A stretch of DNA of 32,000 nt from Candidatus Saccharimonadota bacterium (GCA_027925325.1 AP027133.1:60001-92000); one strand, 5' to 3'; positions 1 to 9,471 are shown, numbered from the stretch's first letter. Notes: a model not told the origin generated them from the letters alone. Program-made: numbers and translations.

Positions 1-928
1 AGATAATCATTCTCTTTCTTTAATAATAAATATACCTCCAAGAGGAATTGGCGAAAAAACCTTTGCAAAATTAGAAAATGAATCAATATCTAAAAGACGT
101 ACAATTTGAAAAGGACTTACTGAAGAATCGATTTCTGTTCCCAAAAAATTGCAACCATTTATAAAAGAGACTAGTAAAACATTAAAAGAAATTGATAATA
201 TTAAAAATATTAAAGATTTTTCTATTATTGTTAAAAAATATTTAAATAATATTGGTTTTTTTGAATTTTATAAAAATTTTGCAGAAGAGAAAATTAAAAA
301 TATAGAAGCCTTATTAGAATTAATAGAGCAGCAATTTAAATCAAAATTAACTTTAATTGATGATCTTTTTGAATTTTTAAAAAGTTGTGCATTATTTTCT
401 GCAAGTGATACTAAAACAGTTGTAAATAATTTAACTTTAATTACCGTTCATGCTGCAAAGGGATTGGAATTTGATGCTGTTTTTTTTGTTGGATTTAATG
501 AAAATATAATTCCCTCAAATCGTTCAATTAATGATAATAAAATTGAGGAAGAACGACGAATTGCTTATGTAGGAATTACGCGTGCTAAAAAATATCTTTA
601 CTTCGCTTATTTTGGTGGATATGATTTTTATATGAAACCTTGAAGGCCATCAAGATTTATTCATGAATTCAATTATCCGTTTGATTTTGTTAATGATAAA
701 AATAAGGATTTAAATCAAGTTTCAATATCTTCACCAAAAATTTTTACAAAAAAAGGTTTCGTTGAGGATAAATCAAATCTTAAAGAAGGAGATATTGTTT
801 ATCATCAAAAATTTGGTGAAGGTGTTGTTGTTAAAGCTGATGATATTTTTGCAACGGTTGCATTTGATAAAAAATATGGAATAAAAGAAGTTTTAATTGA
901 ACACCACTTTTTATTAAAAAAAGATTAA
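1..928 (+). CDS. pcrA: PcrA/UvrD-type ATP-dependent DNA helicase, C-terminal part (5' end lies outside the window)
   Basis: Frame 2 is open from the window edge. In-frame TGA codons at 107-109 and 641-643 are read as Trp. Superfamily-1 helicase C-terminal motifs TVHAAKGLEFDAVFFVG and RRIAYVGITRAKKYLYF are present. The tail GDIVYHQKFGEGVVV is typical of PcrA. TAA stop at 926-928. Confidence 0.9.
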
Positions 929-949
929 AAATATATAATTTATTGAAAT

Positions 950-2500
950 ATGTTTACTTGAATCATTTTAACTATCTTAATAATTTTGCTTATTTTTTTC
1001 TTATTATATTTAATTAAAGTTTATTTTTTTAAAAATAAAAAACAACAAACTTCTCATATTGAAAAATATAATGTCTCGATTTTAATTGATCTAAATAGAA
1101 TGGTCTTAATTACAATAGATGATAAAAATAATAAAAATTATTTTGATTTTGAAAAAACTTTTGAGAGACTAGAAATTTTAGATCCATCAAAAAATAATTC
1201 TTTCTTATTTTTCTTAAATTTACTTTTAAGCAAAGATCAAAAGATTAAAAATTCAGTAATTAGATCTAAGATCAAAAAATTTTTAAATAACGAATACACT
1301 TTTTTCTCAAAATCATTAATTTCTGATTTTGGTTATTTTGGTGTTTTAAAAGTCGCAAAATTTGATACGATTAAACGTCAAATTACGATAATGTCTTATG
1401 GATATAGAACAAGTACTAATCATTTTCAAGATTATATTTATAAAACTAAAATCTATAAAGAACAAAAATCAACAGATTATGAGATATTTAAAAATTTTTA
1501 TGAAAAAACAAAAACAAAAAAAGATAATTACAATCTTTCAATTATTAAAGATTTAACCTTAAGTAATATTAATAATCTTTATAATAAATTTTTAATTTGA
1601 GGATTAAAGGCATTTTTTAGTGAATATGAAAATGTTAATTTTTATATTGATAATTTTAATAATTTATATTTTTTGACAAAAGGTAAAAAAACAAAAAATG
1701 AATTATTAATTAATAATTACTACATCGAAAAATTTAATCTTATTAAATTTAGGTTTAATCAGCAAATGAGAATAAATTTTGATTTTTCAGGATTTAAAAT
1801 TGCAAGTGCTAAAATTATCAAAAATACCGAAGAGATGTTTGATTTTGCATTTTGTCAAATTCAAACATATTTTGACAATATAATTGATAATAAGCAAAAT
1901 AATTATCAAAAAATAATGAATTACGCAAATGAAATTATTAATTATTCATATTCAAAAAAGGATGGAGTTAATTTAGAAATGCATGATAACTATTTTTTGA
2001 ATAAAAGTATTGTTATTATTTCGATTAATTTTTTAAATAAAAATGTTGAGGAAATTAATAGTTATACAATTTTTAAAAAATATGCGATGTTAGATATTTT
2101 CTTTAAATCTATTTTAAATACGATAAAAGATAAAAAAATACGTGATTATTTAATTTCTGTTAATCTATCAACATTTTCTAATCTTGTTAATTATTTTGAC
2201 AATAAGAAATTAAAAAATCATCAATATGTGCTTGAAAATAGTTATTGATATTTAATTAAAAATGAATTAGAAATCAAAAATATTAATTGAAATCTTTATT
2301 CTGTATATCTGTTACAAGATAATTTTTGATTTGATTTAGATATAATTTTGGTTATAAATCCAAAAATAATTTTTGTTTCACAAAATTATTTAGATAATTT
2401 TGAAAATAATCAAATTCAAGGACATAATTTAAATGGAAAATATTTAAATCTTTTGGATATTAAAGAAAATTATAAGGAGATAGAGATAAAAAAAATATAA
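950..2500 (+). CDS. hypothetical membrane-anchored protein (516 aa, single N-terminal TM helix)
   Basis: ATG at 950. Track ORFs 986-1600 and 1673-2248 plus the 2249-2500 tail share frame 2 and are joined only by TGA codons (1598, 2246, 2288, 2327). TAA stop at 2498-2500. The N-terminus MFTWIILTILIILLIFFLLYLIKVYFF is hydrophobic. I recognise no catalytic motif. Confidence 0.6.
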
Positions 2501-2525
2501 TTATTTATAATTTTTTTGAAAAAAC

Positions 2526-3929
2526 ATGAAGACAACGATTCTTTATCAAAATTTAAAAATTCTTTTAGATCAAAAAATTGAAAAATTAGAAAATTTTAAA
2601 ATTAAAAATAATTTGATTAAAGATAAAGCAGAACTTAATTTTAATAATAAAAAAGAATTATATTCAAAAGAATTACAAATATTTAAATTACAGAAAAAAT
2701 TACAAAATTATTTAAATAAAATAGATCAAGATATTTTAAAAATAAAGGCAAAATTATTGCAAAATGAAGCAGTCATTTTGAATTTTAAAAATATTATTGA
2801 AAATAAAAATAATTTGCAAAAATATGAACAAGAAATAAAAAATATTATTTTGGAGATTAAAGAAAATAAATCAAAAATAAAAATTTTAAAAAAAGAAAAA
2901 AAACCTTTTTCTGCTTTTTATAAAGTTAATTCTAAGCACAAAAAAGAAATAAAAAAAATTAAAAAAAATATTAAAATTAGCAAAAATAGTAATTTTTCAA
3001 AATCAAATTTAAAAATAAAAAATTTACAAGCTAAAAACAATAAATTAGATATAAATTTAAAAGTTAAAAATGATGATTTAGAAAAATTTATTAAATTAAT
3101 AAAAAAAGCGCAAAATTCCTTAATAAAAAAAGAAAAAAAAGATGATAAAAATTTAGCATTTGTAGTTCGAAATTTAGATGCCTACTATGGAACTAAAAAA
3201 GCTTTATTTAATATAAATATTGAAATACCAAGAAATAAAATAATTGCTGTCATTGGTCCTTCTGGTTGTGGAAAATCAACTTTTTTAAGAACTCTTAATC
3301 GAATAAATGATGAAATTACAAATTTTAAAAGCAGAGGGGAAATTTTATTAAATGGAGAATATGATATTTATAAATTACAATCAATAATTAATAAATATGA
3401 TAAAATCGAATTAACAGAGTTACGAACAAGAGTTGGAATGATATTTCAAAAACCAAATCCTTTCCCTATTTCAATCTATAAAAATGTTTCATATGGCCCT
3501 AAAATTAATGGCATAAAAAAGAAATTCTTATTGAACCAAATTGTTCAAGATTCACTTGAAAAATCAGCTCTTTGAGATGAAGTGAAAGATAATTTAAAAG
3601 AAAATGGAACTTCTCTTTCGGGAGGTCAACAACAACGACTTTGTATTGCTAGATCAATTGCAAATAATCCTGAAATTTTATTAATGGATGAACCGACATC
3701 AGCATTAGATCCAATAGCATCTGCCAAAATTGAAAAGCTTTTATTAGATTTAAAAAAAGATTATACAATTATAATGGTTACTCATTCGATGCAACAAGCG
3801 ATTAGAATTTCTGATTACACTGCTTTTTTTTATCAAGGAAAATTAATAGAATTTAATACAACAGAAAAACTATTTAAAAATCCGATGCAAAAAAGAACTT
3901 CTGATTATGTGATGGGTAAATTTGGTTAA
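2526..3929 (+). CDS. pstB: phosphate ABC transporter ATP-binding protein PstB with a Lys-rich N-terminal extension of about 207 aa
   Basis: Track ORFs 2526-3575 and 3582-3929 are in the same frame, joined by TGA 3573-3575 at the conserved LWDEV Trp. PstB-type sequence [44 protein letters not shown] is present, with signature [16 protein letters not shown] and Walker [12 protein letters not shown]. Residues 1 to about 207 (nt 2526-3146) are K/N/I-rich and look like coiled coil. Confidence 0.9.
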
Positions 3930-3936
3930 ATAAAAA

Positions 3937-5364
3937 ATGGAAAAAAAAGATAACATAATTAGATCTTTTGAAAAAGATCCGATAAATTGATATACAGATA
4001 TAGTTTCTAAAGCAGAATTAATGATCTATGGACCAACAAAAGGAACGATGTATCTTCGTCCTTATGCACTCTCTATCTGAAATTTAATTGTAAAAAATTT
4101 GACAAAAGAATTTGAAAAAAATGGGGTGGAAGAGGTTAAATTTCCTTTAATTTTTCCTAAATCTTTATTAGATAAAGAAAAAAAGCATATTGAAGGATTT
4201 GCGCCCGAAGTTTTAGTTATTACACAGATTGGTGATAAAAAATTAAATGATTTTAATGTTATTAGACCGACATCAGAGATGCTCTTTAGTGATTATTTTA
4301 AAAAAACAATTAAAACTTATAATCAACTTCCGATTAAATTAAATCAATGAGTTAATGTAATGCGATGAGAAAATAATACAAGACCTTTTCTACGAAATTC
4401 TGAATTTTATTGACAAGAAGGACACACCGTTCATAATGATGAAGATGAGGCGAAATCTTTTGCTTTAAAGATTCATCAGATATATTCAAATTTTATAAAT
4501 AAAGCATTATTACTTCCTATTATAAGTGGTGAAAAAAGTTTGAATGAAAGATTTGCAGGTGCGATTAATTCATTTACACAAGAAGCAATATTAAAAGACG
4601 GACAGGCACTTCAAATTGCAACTTCTCATTATCTTGGTAATAGTTTTGCAAAATCAATTGACTTTAAAATTCAAAATAGTAAAAATAAGTATGTTTTTCC
4701 TTTTCAAACTTCTTGAGGAACTTCTACAAGATTAATCGGTGGAATTATTATGACTCATTCCGATAACAAAGGATTATTATTGCCATCTAAAATTGCTCCT
4801 TTTCAAATAGTAATTATTCCAATTAAAAATCAACAAAATAGCGAAAAAATAGAGATATTTTTAAATAATACATTTGCAAAATTAAAACGAAATTTTAGAA
4901 TTAAAATTGATGATAGTAATAATTCTTTCGGCTATCGAATGAATAATTGAGAAATAAAAGGTGTACCAATTATTATTGAAATCGGTATAAAAGAAGTTTT
5001 AAATCAAAATTTAATCTTAAAATTGAGATCAGAAGAAGATAAAAAATCAATAAATATTAATCAATTTAATTCAAAAGTTATCTCAAATTATTTAAAAGAC
5101 TATGATCAAAAAATACAAAAAAAAGCTTTAAATAATTTTTTAAATAGAAAAATTTGAATTAATGACCTTAAAGATTTAAAAACAAAAATATTGCAAAAAA
5201 AAGTTGTTTTTTGCTATTGAATTGAAGATTCAAAATTAGAAAATAAAATTAAAATCGAAACAGGGGCAACAATTAGACTTATTTATAAAGAGAAAAAATT
5301 AGCAACGGCGATAAATAAAAATCAACAAACAGATCAAGTGGCAATTTTTGCAAGAGCATATTAA
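3937..5364 (+). CDS. proS: prolyl-tRNA synthetase (archaeal/eukaryote-like class II type)
   Basis: ATG at 3937. Track ORFs 4099-4350 and 4750-4950 and the flanking segments share frame 1 across multiple TGA codons. The N-terminus WYTDIVSKAELMIYGPTKGTMYLRPYALSIW, then RPTSE and WVNVMRWE, is characteristic of ProRS. TAA stop at 5362-5364. Confidence 0.85.
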
Positions 5365-5404
5365 ATTGTTAAGAATATTAAAATAATATAAATAATATAT
5401 TTAT

Positions 5405-6541
5405 GTGATAAATTATTCAAGTTTAAATTATAATTTTAATTTAATTTATTATCATGATGGTAATATAGTTTTAAAGTTAAATGATAAAAATTCTGATAAT
5501 TGAGGATTTAATTTCTGAAATTACGATTGAAATGGGAAAAATTTAAATTTTGAGCAATTAGTTTATTATCATAATCCGATCTATAAAAATTATGCTTTTA
5601 ATTATGAAATTAATCAGATAATAATTGAAGATTTTGATCACTATCCCAAAATTTATTTAAATGCAAAATATAATTATAAAGAATATATATTTGATCAAAG
5701 AACAAATCAATTTTATTATAGTGATTATTTACCAACCGATTTAAAGATTGATGTCAATATAAACGATCAATATCAAGAGGTTTTTTTAATTGATCAATTT
5801 AATAAATTTGGCGAAAACAAGCAAATTATTTTAGAACCGGAAATTGATTGTTTTGAAAATAATCTTTCGATAAATCTTGATTGTAGTTCAAGTTATGGAT
5901 ATCATTACAATAAATCAGTATATTTGAATACAAAAATAAAAACGGATTATAATTTAAATTTTACTAATTATTTATTTCTTGATTTATATATACCAATTTA
6001 TTATCAAGATCAACAAATTTACTATGATAGATTTTACTTTTTAAAATTATTTCGAAACAATTTTTACTATCCTAAAAAGATTAAATTTTTAATTTTGTTT
6101 TATTATAATGATCCAAAAAATTGACAAATATCAATTGAAAATCAGGAATTAAGCGGATTAATTAATCTTAAAGGAATTAATGATAATTCAAAGCAATTTA
6201 AAATAAATTTTTATTCATATCATAATTTTTTCTTATTTTACGTTGATGATATTTATTATTATGACTATAAAAATCAAGAAAGTATAAATGGTTTAGATCA
6301 AAATTTTGAAATTATAAATGGAATTTGTCTTCCTTGAGATTATGAAAATAATATCGGATATATTGAATTTAATTTATCTACTTCAACTTTTTTAGAAACA
6401 GAAATAAATTTTAATTTTTATTTACCAATTAAAATTAAAAATAGTTTAAGAGGCAATCAATATTCTAAATTTCAATTGATTGAAGTTTTTGATTATTCTA
6501 ATTTTGATGATGAAGCGATAATTTGGGAACAATATGCATAA
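5405..6541 (+). CDS. hypothetical Tyr/Asn-rich protein (378 aa), probable GTG start
   Basis: Frame 2 is open from the stop at 5393-5395 to TAA 6539-6541, with TGA codons read as Trp. There is no in-frame ATG near the 5' end. The first usable start is GTG 5405, or ATT 5399. No TM segment or signal peptide was seen and no motif was recognised. Confidence 0.5.
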
Positions 6542-6893
6542 AAAGAAATTAATTAGAAAAATAATTATTAATTTAATTGTGATTTCTTTTTTTCTTGTTT
6601 CTTGAAGCTATTTTTTTATTGTAATTAATCAAAATGAAAATGATAATATCGTGAATGAAAAACCCATCATTGATATTGACAATTTAAGCAAATCAATTAT
6701 TAATGTCGATCCCTTTATTGATTTTAATTATTTTAAAGAACTTTGAATCGAAGATTTTGACAAATATCAATTGCAATTTGAACCAACAATTTATTTTGGA
6801 TATGATAATGAATATATTTATGTAAAAGTATTAGATGATCAAAAAATTGTTTTTAAATATGAGTATTATTTGATAAATAATCAAATATTTTAA
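6534..6893 (+). CDS. hypothetical small membrane-anchored protein (119 aa)
   Basis: ATG 6534 overlaps the upstream stop (ATGCATAA, 8-nt overlap). The N-terminus MHKKKLIRKIIINLIVISFFLVSWSYFFIVI is a basic stretch followed by a TM helix. In-frame TGA codons are read as Trp. TAA stop at 6891-6893. Confidence 0.5.
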
Positions 6894-6911
6894 TGTATAA
6901 TTCATTTTGTA

Positions 6912-7133
6912 ATGGAAATTTTTACTGAATTAAAAAAAATTGCTAAGAAAGAAACAGGAAAAGTTATCGAAAAGAATGACACTTTTCGTGATTTAGGAAT
7001 TGATTCAATAGATCTTTTAGATTTTGTTATGAAAATTGAAGGTCATTTTAATGTAAAAATTGAAGATTCTGAATTGCTAAAAATAAATTCAATTAATGAT
7101 CTTGTTTTAATTTTAGAAAAAAAAATAAAATAA
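6912..7133 (+). CDS. acpP: acyl carrier protein
   Basis: 73 aa. The phosphopantetheine attachment motif LGIDSIDLLDFVMKIE (DS-I/L-D) sits at the usual position, with an acidic helical remainder. Confidence 0.85.
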   Translation: MEIFTELKKIAKKETGKVIEKNDTFRDLGIDSIDLLDFVMKIEGHFNVKIEDSELLKINSINDLVLILEKKIK

Positions 7134-7147
7134 TATTTTTTTAATTT

Positions 7148-7224
7148 AGGGGTGTAGCTCAATTAGGCAGAGCAGCTGACTTCAGATCAGACGGTTGTGG
7201 GTTCGATTCCTGTCACCCCTGCCA
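7148..7224 (+). tRNA. trpT: tRNA-Trp, anticodon UCA (reads UGA/UGG)
   Basis: 77-nt cloverleaf folded by hand. Acceptor AGGGGTG/CACCCCT. D arm GCTC..GAGC. Anticodon arm GCTGA-CTTCAGA-TCAGA with TCA at 7182-7184. T loop TTCGATT. Discriminator G73 and an encoded CCA. A1-U72 with G73 is typical of bacterial tRNA-Trp. Confidence 0.9.
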
Positions 7225-7273
7225 TTTTTTATCGAAATGAAAAGGTTAATTTCTTTAATTTTCGTTTTTATTA

Positions 7274-7350
7274 AGAGATGTAGCTCAATTAGGTAGAGCA
7301 GCTGACTCCAGATCAGACGGTTGTGGGTTCGATTCCTTCCATCTCTGCCA
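7274..7350 (+). tRNA. trpT: tRNA-Trp, anticodon CCA (reads UGG)
   Basis: 77 nt and about 90% identical to the upstream tRNA. Acceptor AGAGATG/CATCTCT carries compensatory changes. Anticodon loop CTCCAGA with CCA at 7308-7310. G73 and an encoded CCA. Confidence 0.9.
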
Positions 7351-7418
7351 AAATATCTTAAAATTAAGATGATATCTTTTTTTAGGGCCAAAATTAAAAG
7401 TAAGTTAAATTATGTAAT

Positions 7419-7498
7419 AGGAGTGTAGCTCAATTTGGGGGAGCAGTTGGCATTTTTAAGAATGCTGGTGGTTGCAGGTTCAAATCCTGCCACTCCTA
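7419..7498 (+). ncRNA. tRNA-Trp-derived tRNA-like gene with a non-canonical anticodon arm (possible pseudogene or neofunctionalised RNA)
   Basis: 80 nt. Acceptor AGGAGTG/CACTCCT, D arm GCTC-AATTTGGGG-GAGC and T arm GCAGG-TTCAAAT-CCTGC are intact and collinear with the two Trp tRNAs. The anticodon region GTTGGCATT-TTTAAG-AATGCTGGT forms a stem of about 9 bp (5 Watson-Crick plus 4 G-U) with a 6-nt loop, or 8 bp with an 8-nt loop. This is 24 nt where 17 is normal. The discriminator is A and no CCA is encoded. Confidence 0.6.
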
Positions 7499-7514
7499 CT
7501 GTTTTGTTTAGAAT

Positions 7515-7552
7515 ATGAAAAAAGAACAAGTTAAGACTTGTTCTTTTTTCAT
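7515..7552. terminator. bidirectional rho-independent terminator between the tRNA cluster (+) and degV (-)
   Basis: Perfect 16-bp inverted repeat ATGAAAAAAGAACAAG / CTTGTTCTTTTTTCAT around the loop TTAAGA. A/T runs on both sides supply a U-tract in either orientation. Confidence 0.75.
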
Positions 7553-7565
7553 ATAGTTAATTGAT

Positions 7566-8438
7566 TTATCGATTTTTCTCGTGTACTATCAATCCAAATC
7601 CTGTTGCTCTTGGTCCGATATGAGCAACTATTTCTGGTGCTATTATTGTTTGTTCGAATTCTTTAAATCCCTCTTTTTGCAATTTTTCTTTTAGAATACT
7701 AAAATTTTTATCAGAATTAAGATTAATTGCTTTTAATTCAACACGATATCCTTTTTTAATTCAATTATTATATTGCTTTTTCAAAATTTCAATCGCCTTA
7801 TCATAAGCTTTATTGATTGTTCTTTTTTTAATTATATCTTCACTATCAATTCTTCCGTTTTTTACAACTATAATTGGTAATACTTTTAAAAAACTTCCAG
7901 CAATATATTGAGTTTTAGTAATTCTTCCACCTGCATATAAAAAATCTAAGGTATCAGGAATTAAAAACGCATTCATTTTATCTTTTAAAAATGAAAGTTT
8001 TTCAATGATAAATTCCATTTTAACTTCATCATTTTCAATTCATTTTTTAAGATTTACAAATTCATGATATATTCAAGGGGTGATAAAATTTGAATCAAAA
8101 ACAAATACCTTTCCTTTGTATTTTTCTTCATCTACTAATACTTTTATCATTGAATTCATTGAAGAAAGATATTTTGAAATTGTAATTATTAATAATTGAT
8201 CAACTTCTTTTAATGCTTTTTTAATTTCTTGTTCTACATCGCCTAATTTTGCAGTTGATGTCTGCACCTTTGTTTTAAGACTCATATTATCTAGTAAAAA
8301 TTTATTATCAATGTTAATTCCAGATTTATATTCTTTTCCATCAATATTAATAATAAGAGAAGAATAATAAAATCCCATTTCTCTTGCTTGTTTTTCTGTT
8401 AATCCTGTAGAGGAGTCAATTAGCAAACCTTTTTTCAT
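7566..8438 (-). CDS. DegV family fatty-acid-binding protein (paralog 1)
   Basis: Track ORFs 8073-8438 and 7761-8018 plus the 7566-7760 tail share one frame across TGA codons (8073, 8040, 7761). It starts MKKGLLIDSSTGL, has GGRITKTQY, and ends with a HIGP..G motif, as DegV proteins do. An AGGAG RBS lies upstream. TAA stop at 7566-7568. Confidence 0.85.
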
Positions 8439-8450
8439 AAAATTCTCCTT

Positions 8451-9341
8451 TTAAATTTCTATATCTCAAAAATAAGTTAATCCAAATGAACCTGGACCCA
8501 TATGTACTGATTGTTCTGGGGAAATATATTTTTCAAAAATTATTTCTTTTTCATCAAGTTTAAAAATTGATGTTACGAGACTTGTTAATATTTTTTTTGA
8601 TTTTGTTTGATCTTCGCTTAAAATAATGATTTTATGATTTATTTTTTTTTGTCTTAAATTTTCAATTTCTGGTTTTAAAATATTAATCATTTTTATCGCT
8701 GCTTTTTTAATTGAAAATGCTTTTTCAACATTATCTGGATTTATTTCACCATCTTTTACTACTAAAATTGGATGAATATTTAGTATATTTGCTGTTTTAT
8801 ACTGTCTTTTTGTGATTCTTCCTCCTTTATAAAATCAATAAATGTCTCCTGGGGAAAGAACTCCGATCATTTTTTCTTTTTGCTTATCTAATACTTCATA
8901 AATACTACTTATGTCTTTATATTTATCAATAATTTTTTTAAAAGAATTATAATAAAATTTTGTCCAAGGGGCAGAAAATTGTGACTTATAAATAAATACT
9001 TTTCCTTTAAATTCATCTTTGTATTCATTTATAATAACACGTGCATTATTTTGTGTAGAAGAAAATTTTTCAGAAATTCCTATAAAAATTAATTTATCAA
9101 ATATTTTTAAACCTTTTTTAAATGAATTATAAATATCTTGTAATTCTGGTGATGCGGTTTTTATTTCAATATTTTTATCTTTCATTTTTTCAAGAATTTT
9201 TTCTGAATCAATATCAATTCCTGCTTTATATTTTTTTCCATCTATTTCAATAATTAAGGGAATAAAAAAATTACCATCTTTTTCAACTTTTTCTTTTGAA
9301 TATCCACATGAGGAATCAAATACTAGTCCTATTTTTTCCAT
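8451..9341 (-). CDS. DegV family fatty-acid-binding protein (paralog 2)
   Basis: Track ORFs 8835-9341 and 8466-8690 are in the same frame and the 8691-8834 segment translates without TAA or TAG. Sequence includes MEKIGLVFDSSCGY, GGRITKRQY and HMGPGSFGL. TGA at 8466-8468 is read as Trp. True stop is TAA at 8451-8453. Confidence 0.85.
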
Positions 9342-9414
9342 TTTTTAATGATAATTATTTCCTTTATTTTTATTATTCATTAACAAAATTATATAATTTA
9401 ATCAATAAATAATA

Positions 9415-9439
9415 AAAATAAATATTTAATATTTATTTT
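9415..9439. repeat. 25-nt perfect palindrome in the divergent degV / M42 peptidase intergenic region
   Basis: AAAATAAATATT-T-AATATTTATTTT, with 12-nt arms checked base by base. Confidence 0.9.
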
Positions 9440-9471
9440 GTATTAATTTGTTTTTAAAATTAAGTATAAAA

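Noticed and set aside
7182-7391. 69-aa minus-strand ORF in the track
   Set aside because: It lies entirely antisense to the two tRNA-Trp genes. Its repeated GR.RNRTHNRLI peptide is just the reverse translation of the duplicated T-arm and anticodon-arm sequence.
9448-9471. The alternative upstream TTG starts used by the ORF track (9448, 17837, 27565, 30499)
   Set aside because: In each case a downstream ATG gives the N-terminus typical of the family, or avoids beginning directly against the end of a tRNA gene (17837 lies only 5 nt after tRNA-Arg). The TTG at 27565 remains possible for the ftsK-like gene.
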